This document shows positions 40,048-51,890 of a DNA stretch of 64,000 nucleotides, in pieces. Position 1 is the stretch's first letter. Each line of letters begins with the position of its first letter. Origin of the DNA: Pseudomonadota bacterium (lineage in GTDB: Bacteria > Pseudomonadota > Gammaproteobacteria > Eutrophobiales > Eutrophobiaceae); contig JABFGI010000003.1 in assembly GCA_013112535.1 (NCBI GenBank), positions 18,895 to 82,894 of the forward strand. Reading direction: 5' to 3'. The notes beneath the pieces are model-generated. The model ran no database searches. It saw nothing but the letters and a program-made list of their open reading frames with translations, and was not told where the DNA came from. The position numbers were made by a program, and so were the translations under genes.

Positions 40048-41022
40048 ATGGAAAGAAAAAAAACAAATAGCGAAAAAATATTGTCGGTAGTTGCGCCTGC
40101 TTATAATGAAGTGGATGGATTGGATGAGTTTTATTCCAGGCTGGTTGAGGCAGTAAAAGATCTGGAGCTTCAGCTGGAAATCATTTATGTCAATGATGGC
40201 AGCAAAGATGGCACGCTCGAAGTAATGAGTAAGCAACACAATAGCGATTCACGAATCACAATTATTGACTTAAGTAGAAACTTTGGCAAAGAGGTAGCGC
40301 TGACCGCAGGACTGGATCATGCAACAGGTGATGCTATTGTTGTAATAGATACCGATCTCCAGGATCCGCCTGAGTTGATTCCGGAATTAGTCAGAAAATG
40401 GACTGAAGGTTTTGATGTTGTTAATGCAAAAAGAATAAAACGTAAGGGTGAAACCGCATTTAAAAAAATCACTTCATTTGTGTACTATCGTTTTTTATAT
40501 CAACTTAGTGATATAAAAATTCCAAAAGATACAGGTGATTTTCGTTTATTGAGTCGTAAAGCATTAAATGCATTACTGACATTACGCGAGAAACACCGAT
40601 ATATGAAAGGTTTGTTTGCCTGGGTAGGATATTCGCAAGCTGAAATTACATATGAGCGCGATGAACGTTATGCCGGCGAAACAAAATGGAATTTTTTAGG
40701 TTTACTGGATTTAGCGTTTGAGGGTCTTACTTCGTTCTCAGTGTTACCATTAAGACTTGCGTCATTACTGGGTTTCTTATCTGCATTCGCAGGTCTATTT
40801 TTTGCCATAATTATTATTTTAAAGAAAATAATGTTTGGAGATCCGGTAGCAGGTTATCCCTCGTTAGTGGTCTTGATAACATTTATAGGCGGAGTTCAAT
40901 TATTGGCTTTGGGAATAATTGGTGAATATCTCGGTCGAGTATTCAATGAAACAAAGAACAGACCTCTTTATTTTGTAAAAGACATAAAACCTTCCGATTA
41001 TTTAGCAGATAATAAAGATTAA
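40048..41022 (+). CDS. GT2-family polyprenyl-phosphate glycosyltransferase (ArnC/GtrB/DPM1-like) with two C-terminal TM helices
   Basis: SVVAPAYNE...VNDGSKDGT...DTDLQDPPE (DXD)...RLLSR motifs. Start at the ATG 1 nt after the methyltransferase stop. Confidence 0.8.
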   Translation: MERKKTNSEKILSVVAPAYNEVDGLDEFYSRLVEAVKDLELQLEIIYVNDGSKDGTLEVMSKQHNSDSRITIIDLSRNFGKEVALTAGLDHATGDAIVVIDTDLQDPPELIPELVRKWTEGFDVVNAKRIKRKGETAFKKITSFVYYRFLYQLSDIKIPKDTGDFRLLSRKALNALLTLREKHRYMKGLFAWVGYSQAEITYERDERYAGETKWNFLGLLDLAFEGLTSFSVLPLRLASLLGFLSAFAGLFFAIIIILKKIMFGDPVAGYPSLVVLITFIGGVQLLALGIIGEYLGRVFNETKNRPLYFVKDIKPSDYLADNKD

Positions 41023-42066
41023 TTAAATAATTACTCTACTTTCAGAATTAACATCAGGAATAATTTTTCCTATCTCCCAAACCGTTTCATTCATGTCTTT
41101 AAGAAGCTTAATGGCTTCCTCCTTGTTTTCCCGGGAGATACAAACAACTATGCCCACACCACAGTTAAACGTTTTATGCATTTCATGTGCATCAATATTG
41201 CCCGTTTCCTTTAGCCATTTGAAGATTGGTGGGAGTTCCCAACTGTTTGCATCTAACTCTACGGATAAATTATCCGGAATAACACGCGGTATATTTTCGA
41301 TTAAGCCACCACCGGTGATATGTGCAATTGCTTTTACCGGTACTTTATTGATTAAAGCCAGAATCTGTTTGACATAAATTCTTGTAGGTTCGATTAATAA
41401 TTCGAGTAAGGTTTTTCCATCCAGTTTTTCGGATAAATCCTGATTCGTATCATCAATGATCTTCCTGACAAGAGAATAACCATTTGAATGGCAACCGCTG
41501 GAGCCAAGCGCAATAATGGCATCACCTTCAGCAACGCTTTCTCCGGTAATAATATTGTCTTTTTCGACAACACCGACACAAAATCCGGCCAGATCATATT
41601 CGCCAGCCTGATACATGCCGGGCATTTCCGCTGTTTCACCACCAATGAGGCTGCAACCGGATAAAGAACACCCTTTAGCAATACCATTAATTACCTTTTC
41701 AGCAATATCTACATCCAGACTGGAACAGGCAAAATAATCGAGAAAGAACAATGGGTCTGCGCCCTGAACTATCAAGTCGTTCACACACATCCCCACCAGA
41801 TCAATACCTATGGAATCGTGCATGTTGTGATCAATGGCGAGTTTGATTTTAGTGCCAACGCCATCGGTACCCGAAACCAGTACCGGGTGTTTATAATTCA
41901 ATGAACCGAGATCAAATAAAGCACCAAACCCACCAAGACCGCCCATAACACCATCTCTGTGGGTATTGCTAACAGATTTTTTCAATCGTTGAACCAGTTC
42001 ATTGCCTTGTTCAATATCAACACCAGCATCTTTGTAGCTAAACTTCTTGTCTTTGGAATGGGTCAT
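41023..42066 (-). CDS. purM: phosphoribosylformylglycinamidine cyclo-ligase (AIR synthetase)
   Basis: Start trimmed to [22 protein letters not shown], the conserved PurM N-terminus. The track's longer version would overlap the divergent DUF2066 gene. Confidence 0.9.
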   Translation of the reverse strand: MTHSKDKKFSYKDAGVDIEQGNELVQRLKKSVSNTHRDGVMGGLGGFGALFDLGSLNYKHPVLVSGTDGVGTKIKLAIDHNMHDSIGIDLVGMCVNDLIVQGADPLFFLDYFACSSLDVDIAEKVINGIAKGCSLSGCSLIGGETAEMPGMYQAGEYDLAGFCVGVVEKDNIITGESVAEGDAIIALGSSGCHSNGYSLVRKIIDDTNQDLSEKLDGKTLLELLIEPTRIYVKQILALINKVPVKAIAHITGGGLIENIPRVIPDNLSVELDANSWELPPIFKWLKETGNIDAHEMHKTFNCGVGIVVCISRENKEEAIKLLKDMNETVWEIGKIIPDVNSESRVII

Positions 42067-42150
42067 TATTTGATTCAATTGCGGTTTACAGAAGTGACGT
42101 ATGGTATCGGTGTCGCCACCTAACCGCAATCCTTGACTTAAAGACAACTC

Positions 42151-43215
42151 TTGAATAGCTTGCATACTATGAAATTAAAAATATCACTATTTCTTTGTTT
42201 ATTCGTATTTGCTACCCAGCCGGTTTATGCCATCAAGGTTTCCGGTCTTTACCAGGCGACAGCACCCGTGGCGGATGAATCAACCGCAAAACGAAATCCA
42301 GCTGTTAAACAGGCACTGATTCAGGTTTTAATCAAGCTGACAGGAGATAGAAATATCGCCAGAAGCAGTAGTATTAGTAACTTGATAGAACGTCCGGACC
42401 GGTTTGTTCAACAATTTCGATATCAGCAAGCACCTATTCAGGCTAATGAGCAAATTCCCTCGAAAGAATTATGGGTGCAATTTGATGAATCAGCATTAAA
42501 TGGTGCACTTAGAAGTTACGGATTAGCAATCTGGGGAAAAGAGCGCCCATCCATACTTGTCTGGCTAGCTCATGAAAAAGATAAAAATCGTCAACTGGTC
42601 AGTTTTGAAGAAAGTCCGGAATATATCGATATGCTGGATCGTCATGCTGCCGCGCGGGGTGTGTCACTTTTATTTCCATTACTCGATCTGGAAGATACCT
42701 CGCGAATGAACGTTAGTGATGTTTGGGGCGGTTTTAAAGAACCAGTGTTAAATGCTTCAATTCGTTATCAATCAGATGTTGTCCTGACAGCGAGACTAAT
42801 CCAGACATTGCCCACATTATGGGAATCGCAATGGTCTGTTTATATCAACGAACAGGAAATGTATTGGACGACACAGGGCGAATTGGCTGAGATTGCGTTA
42901 GAGGAGGGTATCAACGAGCTTGCCGATAGGCTTGCATCACAATATGTGAACACCGTTTCAACCGGTACAGAAGTACTGGAATTAATTGTCTCTAATATAA
43001 ATAGTATTGACGGGTACGCTAAAACACTGGCTTATCTTGAATCATTACAAGCGATCAGTGATGTGAAGGTAACGCGAGTGACCGAAGATGAAGTTTCGTT
43101 TGAAGTTATTAGCCGCGGTGGTGAAACAGCACTTAATCAAACTATAGCACTAGGTAAAACACTGGAGCTGGTAAGTAATAACGAACAGTTGAATTATCGT
43201 TTATTAGGAAGATGA
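42151..43215 (+). CDS. DUF2066-family periplasmic protein (signal peptide)
   Basis: 354 aa with a cleavable signal peptide. A DUF2066 gene is divergent from purM in Pseudomonas as well. Confidence 0.6.
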   Translation: MNSLHTMKLKISLFLCLFVFATQPVYAIKVSGLYQATAPVADESTAKRNPAVKQALIQVLIKLTGDRNIARSSSISNLIERPDRFVQQFRYQQAPIQANEQIPSKELWVQFDESALNGALRSYGLAIWGKERPSILVWLAHEKDKNRQLVSFEESPEYIDMLDRHAAARGVSLLFPLLDLEDTSRMNVSDVWGGFKEPVLNASIRYQSDVVLTARLIQTLPTLWESQWSVYINEQEMYWTTQGELAEIALEEGINELADRLASQYVNTVSTGTEVLELIVSNINSIDGYAKTLAYLESLQAISDVKVTRVTEDEVSFEVISRGGETALNQTIALGKTLELVSNNEQLNYRLLGR

Positions 43216-44276
43216 GTGTAAAAATTACAGATGCCCAGAAGTGGTTAATATTAGTCGGTATCATTGCGACCGGCTATTTGCTCTATTTATTAGCACCAAT
43301 ATTAACGCCTTTTTTACTCAGTGCTTTTCTTGCTTATATCGGCGATCCGGCAGTAGATCGTCTGGAAAATATCAAGTTTTCAAGAACGGTATCGGTCATT
43401 TTTGTTTTTTTCCTGATGTTAGTTATTGCTCTATCTTTTGTTTTGATTGTTTTTCCCTTAATAGAAGAACAGATAAGACGTTTACTCATGCGTTTGCCGG
43501 AAATGATCGACTGGATACAATCCGAGTTTATTCCATGGATAACGCAGCGGTTCGGTTTACAAGCGGACAGTATTAATCTGGATGGGATTAAACAATCATT
43601 AACCGGACACTGGCAAGCATTAGGAAATATTGCCGGAAAATTTTTGACCAAAATTTCTGCGTCAGGGCAACTCATATTGCTTTGGGTCAGTTATATTTTA
43701 TTAGTACCGGTAGTGACGTTTTATCTGTTAAGAGACTGGGATGTTATTGTCACAAAAGTTAGAAAACTAATTCCAAGAAGATATGAGTTTGTTTCAGTTA
43801 AATTAGTGAAAGAATGTGATGCAGTACTGTCAGAGTTTTTCAGAGGACAGTTACTTGTTATGTTTGCCCAGGGTGTAATTTATAGCATTGGTTTATGGAT
43901 AGTCGGTCTGGAATTTTCATTATTAATTGGTATGACCGCTGGTCTGGTCAGTTTTGTGCCATATCTTGGTGCGATTGTCGGAATAGTCGTTGCGACGATA
44001 GCAGCGTTTATGCAGTTTCATGACATTGCCCATATAGTTTATGTCTTAATCGTTTTTGGTATCGGCCAAACGCTGGAAGGCGTTGTGTTATCGCCATTAT
44101 TAATCGGCGATCGTATAGGGTTACATCCTGTCGCCGTTATTTTTTCTGTTATGGCTGGTGCACAGCTATTCGGTTTTTTCGGAATGTTGATAGCACTGCC
44201 GGCAGCCGCAGTCATTGTTGTTCTGCTTAGACATTTCCATGATCAATACCTAAACAGTAATTTTTACACACCCTGA
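43212..44276 (+). CDS. AI-2E family transporter (PerM/YdiK-like permease)
   Basis: 354 aa with about eight TM helices in the typical AI-2E topology. Overlaps the neighbours at both ends (operon). Confidence 0.8.
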   Translation: MSVKITDAQKWLILVGIIATGYLLYLLAPILTPFLLSAFLAYIGDPAVDRLENIKFSRTVSVIFVFFLMLVIALSFVLIVFPLIEEQIRRLLMRLPEMIDWIQSEFIPWITQRFGLQADSINLDGIKQSLTGHWQALGNIAGKFLTKISASGQLILLWVSYILLVPVVTFYLLRDWDVIVTKVRKLIPRRYEFVSVKLVKECDAVLSEFFRGQLLVMFAQGVIYSIGLWIVGLEFSLLIGMTAGLVSFVPYLGAIVGIVVATIAAFMQFHDIAHIVYVLIVFGIGQTLEGVVLSPLLIGDRIGLHPVAVIFSVMAGAQLFGFFGMLIALPAAAVIVVLLRHFHDQYLNSNFYTP

Positions 44277-44995
44277 TGCCAAGTGATTCTTTACCACATT
44301 CTCCCTCTCCACAAATCCCGTTTCAGTTTGGCGATTTTCAAAAAAATGATCTTGCATCATTTTTAGCTGGTGAGAATAAGGATTTATTAAAGCTGGTTAA
44401 CCTGATTACCAGTAAAGAAAAAAACCATAGTCTTTATCTTTGGGGGGAATCAGGGACAGGCAAAAGCCATTTATTACAAGCTGCTTGTAAACAGGCTGCA
44501 GAAAACAAATTGCATGTTGCTTATATCCCCTTAAAGCAATTATCAGAACTCAGTGCTGAAATGCTACATGATCTGGGTGAACTGGATTTAGTTTGTGTTG
44601 ATGATATTGAATATGTTGCCGGACAGATTGAATGGCAACAGGGGTTAACCTGGCTCTATAATGAACTACGCGATAACAATCATTCGATGATCATTAGTAG
44701 CAACAAGTCACCAACAAACATTAATCTTGAAGTTGAAGATCTAAAGTCAAGACTAGGCTGGGATCAGGCAGCACAAATTAAGTCACCAGGCGATGATGTA
44801 AAAATTCAAATACTAAAACAAAAAGCCAATGCACGATCATTTGAATTGAGTGATGACGTAATAGAATTTTTAATTCGTAGGGTTGAACGTGATATGGGAT
44901 CCTTAATAGAAGTGCTTGATAAAATAGATCATGCATCGTTAGCAGCGAAACGAAAGATTACGATTCCATTTGTAAAAGAATTGATTAATACATGA
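44276..44995 (+). CDS. hda: DnaA regulatory inactivator Hda
   Basis: 239 aa. AAA+ Walker A GESGTGKSHLLQA and N-terminal clamp-binding-like QFGDF. Start overlaps the transporter stop (TGATG). Confidence 0.8.
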   Translation: MPSDSLPHSPSPQIPFQFGDFQKNDLASFLAGENKDLLKLVNLITSKEKNHSLYLWGESGTGKSHLLQAACKQAAENKLHVAYIPLKQLSELSAEMLHDLGELDLVCVDDIEYVAGQIEWQQGLTWLYNELRDNNHSMIISSNKSPTNINLEVEDLKSRLGWDQAAQIKSPGDDVKIQILKQKANARSFELSDDVIEFLIRRVERDMGSLIEVLDKIDHASLAAKRKITIPFVKELINT

Positions 44996-45087
44996 TAAAG
45001 TTTCTGTTTCAATTTAAAGCAGAAAATTCGGATAACCATATTTAACTTGCCTTAATTGTTGGTTAATTCATAACGCAGACAAAACCA

Positions 45088-46461
45088 ATGAGTGATTTTG
45101 CTATGAAAAAATACCTGAAAAAACCCTACATCCTCCTTGTTTTTATTGGCCTTGGTATTTTTGTTGCAATTTTTATGGTTAAGGAAAGACTTGTTCCGGA
45201 ACATATTGACGCTGAAATGCCCAGTAAGAGAGTAGATGTTATAGAAGCGAAGCTTATTCCTTTTAGAACCAGGGTTGTTGCTTTTGGAAATGTAGAACCA
45301 ACAGTGACACTGAATACATTAGCTGAAGTTAGCGGCAAGATCAGTTATATGCATCCGGACCTAAATCAGGGTAATACAATTACTGCCGGTACTGTCGTTG
45401 TGCGAATTGATCCTGAAGATTACGAAGTAGTACTAAAACAAACAGCGGCAGATTTAGCGGGTAATCAATCCTCACTGAAACAACTCGAAGTAGAACAACA
45501 AACCACGAGACGTTCTTTACAATTGGCAAAAGAAAATCTGGAGGTGGGAGAAAAAGAGTTAGAACGTATTCGCACGATTTGGGATCGTAAATTAATCGCA
45601 CGCTCGACACTGGATGCAGAAGAGCAGAAAGTTATACAGCTTCGACAACAAGTATCCGATTTGCAAGGACAGCTTAATACATACGCTAGTCGTAAAGAAT
45701 CAATTTTAGCACAGACTACCCGTACCGAAGAACAAATGAGAGGCCAAAAGACGACACTTGGCCGTACAGAGATTATCTTGCCTTTTACTGCTCGCATAAG
45801 TGAAGTGTCTATCGAAAAAGATCAATTTGTTAGCATAGGATCAACCTTGTTTGAGGCTCAGGATATAAATGGTGTCGAGATAAATGCACAGTTACCCATT
45901 ATGCATATGCGTTCGCTTGTCAGTCACCTGGAAGGTAAACCTTTTGACAGCCCGGCCATGGGCATTACTAAAGAAGTACTTGGTAGACTCAATCTTAAAG
46001 CGCGAGTAAAGCTGGTTGGCAATCTACCAGATGCAATCTGGGATGCCGAGGTTTTGCGTATCAGTGAATCTATTGATCCCATTCGTCGTACATTAGGTAT
46101 TGTTGTTGGCGTAGACCGACCCTACGAGAAAGTGATACCCGGGCGCAGACCACCTTTACTAAAAGGCGCCTATACTGCGGTAGAATTTTTCGCCCCGATA
46201 CGTGAAGCAATGGTGATTCCACGTAAAGCAATTCACCACGGACGAGTATATTCTGTCGGTGAAGATCAACGCTTGCAAATTAAACCTGTTGAAATACAGC
46301 AACAGCAAGGTGATCTCGCGGTTATTAGTAGCGGCCTGGCAGAAGGTGATCAGATTATTATTAGTGACTTGGTTCCTGTTATTGAAGGTATGCCACTATT
46401 GCCGATTGTGGCCACTGAATATGAGGCCGAACTTATTAATCGCGCCAGCGGAACAGAATAA
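45088..46461 (+). CDS. RND efflux periplasmic adaptor (membrane fusion protein, HlyD family)
   Basis: N-terminal TM anchor, long coiled-coil (LEVEQQTTRRSLQLAKENLEVGEKELERI) and beta-barrel/MP domains. Confidence 0.75.
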   Translation: MSDFAMKKYLKKPYILLVFIGLGIFVAIFMVKERLVPEHIDAEMPSKRVDVIEAKLIPFRTRVVAFGNVEPTVTLNTLAEVSGKISYMHPDLNQGNTITAGTVVVRIDPEDYEVVLKQTAADLAGNQSSLKQLEVEQQTTRRSLQLAKENLEVGEKELERIRTIWDRKLIARSTLDAEEQKVIQLRQQVSDLQGQLNTYASRKESILAQTTRTEEQMRGQKTTLGRTEIILPFTARISEVSIEKDQFVSIGSTLFEAQDINGVEINAQLPIMHMRSLVSHLEGKPFDSPAMGITKEVLGRLNLKARVKLVGNLPDAIWDAEVLRISESIDPIRRTLGIVVGVDRPYEKVIPGRRPPLLKGAYTAVEFFAPIREAMVIPRKAIHHGRVYSVGEDQRLQIKPVEIQQQQGDLAVISSGLAEGDQIIISDLVPVIEGMPLLPIVATEYEAELINRASGTE

Positions 46462-46463
46462 TC

Positions 46464-49400
46464 ATGATTCGCTATTTTGCTAGTCACCAGACTGCGGCCA
46501 ATATTTTAATGTTTGTTATCTTGTTGGCTGGCTTAATCGTATTACCGACACTCACCAAGGAAACCTTTCCTGAAGTTGATACTAATCAAGTTAAAGTTAC
46601 AGTCGTCTATCCCGGTGCCAGTACCAATGAAGTAGAAGAAGGGATATGTAATCGTTTGGAAGACGCAACCGATGGCATTAGCTTTCTGGAAGAGCAACGA
46701 TGCGAGGCACGCGATAATGTAGGCAGTATGACATTAGATATGCAGGAAGCAGGTGATCTACAGAAATTCCTGGAAGACGTTAATTCTGCGGTCGATGGCA
46801 TCACAGATTTTCCGGATGATACTGAAGAACCTGTTGTTGAAGAATTGGGTCGAACCAAGCCTGTTGTCAGTGTTGCGATTAATTCAGACCTGGCACAACC
46901 TGAATTAAAAGCACTGGCCGAGTATTATCGAGATCGCATGTTGGCCTTACCTGAAATTCCGATTGTCACAGTCTCGGGTTTTTCTACTCATGAACTCAGC
47001 GTCTTAATTAAATCTGAAACCTTGCGGCAGTTTCAATTAAGTATTGAAGATATCGCTAACCGAATCAAAATTCAGTCCATGGATGTACCTGCCGGAACGA
47101 TGGATGCCGATGAACGTTCTTATCAAATTCGATTCATCAATGAACGTCGAACGGTAGACGAACTTGCTGATCTGATAGTTCTGGAGAACGAAAACGGAGC
47201 ACAAATACGTCTGGGTGAAATAGCGCGAATCATAAATGATTTTACTGACGAAGAGATGCGTACGGATCTCAATGGTAAACCTGCAGCAACGCTAAAGATC
47301 AGTAAAAACATTACCGACGATACCCTGACTATATTTAATGCGGTTAAGAAATTTGTTGAAAAAGAAAATGGTCGTTTACCAGAGTCAACCCGATTGGTCA
47401 TTACTCAGGACACTGCATCAATCGTACAAGATCGACTTAGTTTATTACTAAAAAATGGATGGCAAGGTTTAATTCTTGCCACACTTTCCTTATTTCTGTT
47501 TTTTAACTGGCGTTATACCTTCTGGGTTGCTCTGGGTTTACCCATTTCGTTTATCGGCGGTTTGGTAATGATGAGTGTATTTGGTATCAGCGTTAATATG
47601 ATATCGATGGTCGCCTTACTTATGGCGATTGGTATTCTGATGGATGATGCGATTGTCATATCCGAAAGTATTGAATCTGAATATCGTAAAGGGAAAAGTC
47701 CATTAGAGGCTGCAATCAACGGCATACATAAAGTCGCTCGCGGTGTATTTTCATCATTTACTACGTCAGCAATTTTGTTTGGAAGTTTGTTATTTTTAAA
47801 GGGTGATATGGGACAAATCATGGGTGTCTTGCCTGTGGTATTACTCAGCGTGCTCACCATTAGTCTGATAGAAGCCTTCCTGATTTTGCCGCATCATCTC
47901 AAGCATTCTCTTGAAGCACATCATGAACAAGGAAAATCAGAGTGGCGCAAACGTTTTGAAGCAGGCTTCGAACGTTTGCGTGATCGAATTGGTAGCCTCG
48001 GTGATATGGCGATCCATTTTCGTTATGCTGTTGTCGGTAGCACCATTGCGTTGTTTATTATTTCCTTTAGTTTAATTCCGTCAGGCTTTGTAAAATTTAA
48101 AGCTTTTCCCGATCTTGAAGGGAATATTCTAGATGCCCGGATTATCATGCCTCAGGGTACGCCTTTCTCTCGAACAGAAGAAGTCGTAGAAATATTGCTT
48201 GATAGTTTAGAAAAGTCTATCGCGCAACTGTCACCAGAGGATGAAGGAAAGTTAGTTAAAAATATCCAGGTTTCATATAGCAGCAATGCTGATGCGGGAG
48301 AGGAAGGCGGCCATCTGGCAACCATTAGTCTGGATTTGCTAGATGCTGAAACTCGTATTAACTCGCTCCATGATTTAAGACGCTTGTGGTTAGAAACAAC
48401 CCCCGCTATTGCAGATGCAATTTCAATTCAATATAAGGAACCGTTTTTCGGCCCGGCAGGTCAAGCCATCTCTATACGTTTGCAAGGTCAGGATCTCCCT
48501 CAACTTTCAAAAGCGTCATGGGAACTACAAAACTGGTTGAATGGATACCCGGGAGTTTCAAATATTATGGATGATCTCAGACCGGGCAAACCACAATTCA
48601 GTATCGAACTTTATCCCGGAGCATTAAATTCAGGCATTGATGGACAACAAATCGCTCAACAACTACGCGCTGCGTATCAGGGTATTAAAGTCAGTGATAT
48701 CTATCAAGGGCGTGAAGCTTATGAGATTAATGTCATGCTTGATAATGACCCACAAAATGCCTTGAGTGAATTTGAAAGTCTTCCCATTATATCCAAACAA
48801 GGAGACGTCATTCCTTTATCATCTATTGCTAAAATAAATGAAGTGCGTGAATTTTCTCGCGTGGTTCGAATCAATCATAAACGCACAGTTACCATCACTG
48901 GCGACATCGATAGTAAGGTGACTAATACCAATGATGTCATCAACGACACCAGAAAACGCTTCTTACCACGATTGCAAAAAGATTATCCCGGTCTGGTATT
49001 CAGTCTTGAAGGTGAGGTGAAAAATTCCAGGGAAACCAATTTATCAGTACTGAGTGGATTCATCGCAGGTATTGCTGGTGTGTTTTTACTATTGAGTCTG
49101 ACCTTTCGGAATTATCTGGAGCCCATAGTGGTATTAATTAATATACCCTTGGCACTTATTGGTGTTATTTGGGGACACTTGCTAATGGGTCTGCCACTCA
49201 CATTACCAAGTATGATTGGCTTTGTTTCATTAGCCGGTATTGTAGTGAACGATTCAATTCTATTAGTTGAATACGTAAAAATAGGTATTCGGGAAGGAAT
49301 GACCTTACATGATGCCGCAGGCAAAGCAGTAAGAGATCGTTTCCGTGCAATATTTCTGACTTCTATAACAACTGTTGCCGGAATGTTTCCTTTATTATTA

Positions 49401-49553
49401 GAAACCAGCTTGCAAGCGCAGGTGTTAGTTCCTTTGGTTGTCAGTGTGGTCTTCGGCATGGTCACTTCAACTTTTCTTACATTGCTTGTGCTCCCTGCAA
49501 GTTATAGCATCATGGAAGATTTGGGTTTTGTTGAAGCGAAGGAAAACGAATAA
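46464..49553 (+). CDS. RND family efflux permease (AcrB/CzcA superfamily)
   Basis: 1029 aa with 12 TM helices and two large periplasmic loops. Immediately downstream of the adaptor. Confidence 0.9.
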   Translation: MIRYFASHQTAANILMFVILLAGLIVLPTLTKETFPEVDTNQVKVTVVYPGASTNEVEEGICNRLEDATDGISFLEEQRCEARDNVGSMTLDMQEAGDLQKFLEDVNSAVDGITDFPDDTEEPVVEELGRTKPVVSVAINSDLAQPELKALAEYYRDRMLALPEIPIVTVSGFSTHELSVLIKSETLRQFQLSIEDIANRIKIQSMDVPAGTMDADERSYQIRFINERRTVDELADLIVLENENGAQIRLGEIARIINDFTDEEMRTDLNGKPAATLKISKNITDDTLTIFNAVKKFVEKENGRLPESTRLVITQDTASIVQDRLSLLLKNGWQGLILATLSLFLFFNWRYTFWVALGLPISFIGGLVMMSVFGISVNMISMVALLMAIGILMDDAIVISESIESEYRKGKSPLEAAINGIHKVARGVFSSFTTSAILFGSLLFLKGDMGQIMGVLPVVLLSVLTISLIEAFLILPHHLKHSLEAHHEQGKSEWRKRFEAGFERLRDRIGSLGDMAIHFRYAVVGSTIALFIISFSLIPSGFVKFKAFPDLEGNILDARIIMPQGTPFSRTEEVVEILLDSLEKSIAQLSPEDEGKLVKNIQVSYSSNADAGEEGGHLATISLDLLDAETRINSLHDLRRLWLETTPAIADAISIQYKEPFFGPAGQAISIRLQGQDLPQLSKASWELQNWLNGYPGVSNIMDDLRPGKPQFSIELYPGALNSGIDGQQIAQQLRAAYQGIKVSDIYQGREAYEINVMLDNDPQNALSEFESLPIISKQGDVIPLSSIAKINEVREFSRVVRINHKRTVTITGDIDSKVTNTNDVINDTRKRFLPRLQKDYPGLVFSLEGEVKNSRETNLSVLSGFIAGIAGVFLLLSLTFRNYLEPIVVLINIPLALIGVIWGHLLMGLPLTLPSMIGFVSLAGIVVNDSILLVEYVKIGIREGMTLHDAAGKAVRDRFRAIFLTSITTVAGMFPLLLETSLQAQVLVPLVVSVVFGMVTSTFLTLLVLPASYSIMEDLGFVEAKENE

Positions 49554-49591
49554 TTAGAAAAAATTTAAACATAGTGTTGTGTCTAAGTTGA

Positions 49592-50200
<609 letters not shown>

Positions 50201-50203
50201 CTA

Positions 50204-50551
50204 TTAAAGAATATCGAGTACGGATTCCGGTGGACGGCCTATGCAGGCTTTATCATTCGCTAGCACGATGGGACGTTCAATCAGAATAGGGTTCGCAACC
50301 ATGGCATTCAGAATGGCATCATCGTCATCGAGCTTTTCCTTAAGATTAAGTTCTTTAAATATTGCTTCTCCTTTTCGGAGTAGTGCCGAGGGTGCAATGC
50401 CTAATTGTTTTAATATTTTTGCCAGCGTTTTTTTATCAGGCGCTTGTTGTAAATATTCAATTATATCGAGTTCAACATCTTTCTCTTCAAGTATGGCCAA
50501 TGTTTGTCTGGACTTGGAACAACGTGGATTATGATAAATAGTCGCTTTCAT
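50204..50551 (-). CDS. ArsC/Spx-family reductase (YffB-like)
   Basis: 115 aa. N-terminal IYHNPRCSKSR thioredoxin-fold CxxS/R motif. Confidence 0.8.
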   Translation of the reverse strand: MKATIYHNPRCSKSRQTLAILEEKDVELDIIEYLQQAPDKKTLAKILKQLGIAPSALLRKGEAIFKELNLKEKLDDDDAILNAMVANPILIERPIVLANDKACIGRPPESVLDIL

Positions 50552-50629
50552 GACGTCCTCATTACTGTAATATTGGTAAAAATAGTATTAAATGATGATA
50601 AATAAAATAAAACCAGTTGACGAGCTGAA

Positions 50630-51886
50630 ATGTCAGAAAACATTATTAATATAATAAAAAGGAACCTAATCTGGGCTTTCTATTTTTCCCGTTTTTTTCT
50701 ACGTCACTTTTATTCTTTACGTGGTATGCAAACCGCATCATCACTTGCATATACAACCTTACTTTCTATTGTTCCTTTAATTACAGTCATGTTTGGGCTG
50801 TTTGGCAGTATTTCAGTCTTGAGTGATTTTTCTGAGGCAATACAAGATTTTGTTTTTTCCAATTTTGTTCCTGAATTTGGCTGGACCATACAAGGCTACC
50901 TTTCTGACTTTTCTGACAAGGCATCAAAATTAACGATTACCGGTATTACTGTTTTGGTGTTTATCGCAATCATGTTAATGGCGACGATTGATAACGCGTT
51001 TAATCGAATCTGGATGGTGAAAAAAAGACGTAACCCGATAGCCCGCTTACTGGTTTATTGGGCAGTGCTGACGATGGGACCTTTGTTAATTGGTTTTGGT
51101 TTGGCCTCAACATCTTATTTGCTTTCAATTCCTGCAGTTGCTGATGTTAATACAACATGGAATATAAAAGCTCGCATTCTTAGTAGTCTTCCTTTTTTGA
51201 CAACATCAGTTGCTTTTTCGCTACTTTATATTCTGATTCCTAATTGTTTTGTTTCGAAGAAACACGCTTTCATTGGTGGCTTTATTTGCGCTGTCTTGTT
51301 TGAACTCGCTAAATATGGTTTTGGAATCTACGTTCGTGAAATGCCAAGTTATGAAAACATTTATGGTGCCGTTGCTATTATTCCTCTTTTCCTAATCTGG
51401 ATTTATGTGTCATGGATGATCGTCCTGTTTGGTGCACATATTACTTTTTGTCTTTCTTCATTTCGTTTACAGGATGAAATTGAGCATCGTAGTAAAGGTG
51501 GCTGGACGTTTCTTGATGTCTTACGCGTTCTTGAATTTTTGTATGAGGCACAAAGAAAAGGTGAGACAGCTTCTATTGCCCAAATAAGAAAAACATCTGT
51601 TTTATTATCTCATTTTGAGATGAATGATTTACTCGAACATTTGAAAAGGATCAAATGGGTAAATCAAAGTTCAAATGGTGAATGGTTGTTAGCCAAAGAT
51701 ATGAAAGAAACCAGTCTTTATGATTTACACACCGTCTTGCCGGTACGCTTACCGATAACAGAAAAAGAGCTGGCAAAAGACAAGTTGTCGAATAAGTTAA
51801 AAACTTATTTGGAAAATCATCGTCAGCAAGTGGCCGAACATTTATCAATATCAATTCATGATTTTTTTAAAAAAGAAAACACGTGA
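50630..51886 (+). CDS. YihY/BrkB-family membrane protein with about 130-aa C-terminal soluble extension
   Basis: Six TM helices and the YihY signature region (ASSLAYTTLLSIVPLITVMFGLFG). The extra C-terminal domain is not in E. coli YihY. Confidence 0.75.
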   Translation: MSENIINIIKRNLIWAFYFSRFFLRHFYSLRGMQTASSLAYTTLLSIVPLITVMFGLFGSISVLSDFSEAIQDFVFSNFVPEFGWTIQGYLSDFSDKASKLTITGITVLVFIAIMLMATIDNAFNRIWMVKKRRNPIARLLVYWAVLTMGPLLIGFGLASTSYLLSIPAVADVNTTWNIKARILSSLPFLTTSVAFSLLYILIPNCFVSKKHAFIGGFICAVLFELAKYGFGIYVREMPSYENIYGAVAIIPLFLIWIYVSWMIVLFGAHITFCLSSFRLQDEIEHRSKGGWTFLDVLRVLEFLYEAQRKGETASIAQIRKTSVLLSHFEMNDLLEHLKRIKWVNQSSNGEWLLAKDMKETSLYDLHTVLPVRLPITEKELAKDKLSNKLKTYLENHRQQVAEHLSISIHDFFKKENT

Positions 51887-51890
51887 GTTC

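Noticed and set aside
41023-42165. Longer 380-aa version of purM starting at [10 protein letters not shown]
   Set aside because: It would overlap the divergent DUF2066 gene start by 15 nt, and it adds 33 residues not found in PurM proteins. The conserved N-terminus begins at [17 protein letters not shown].
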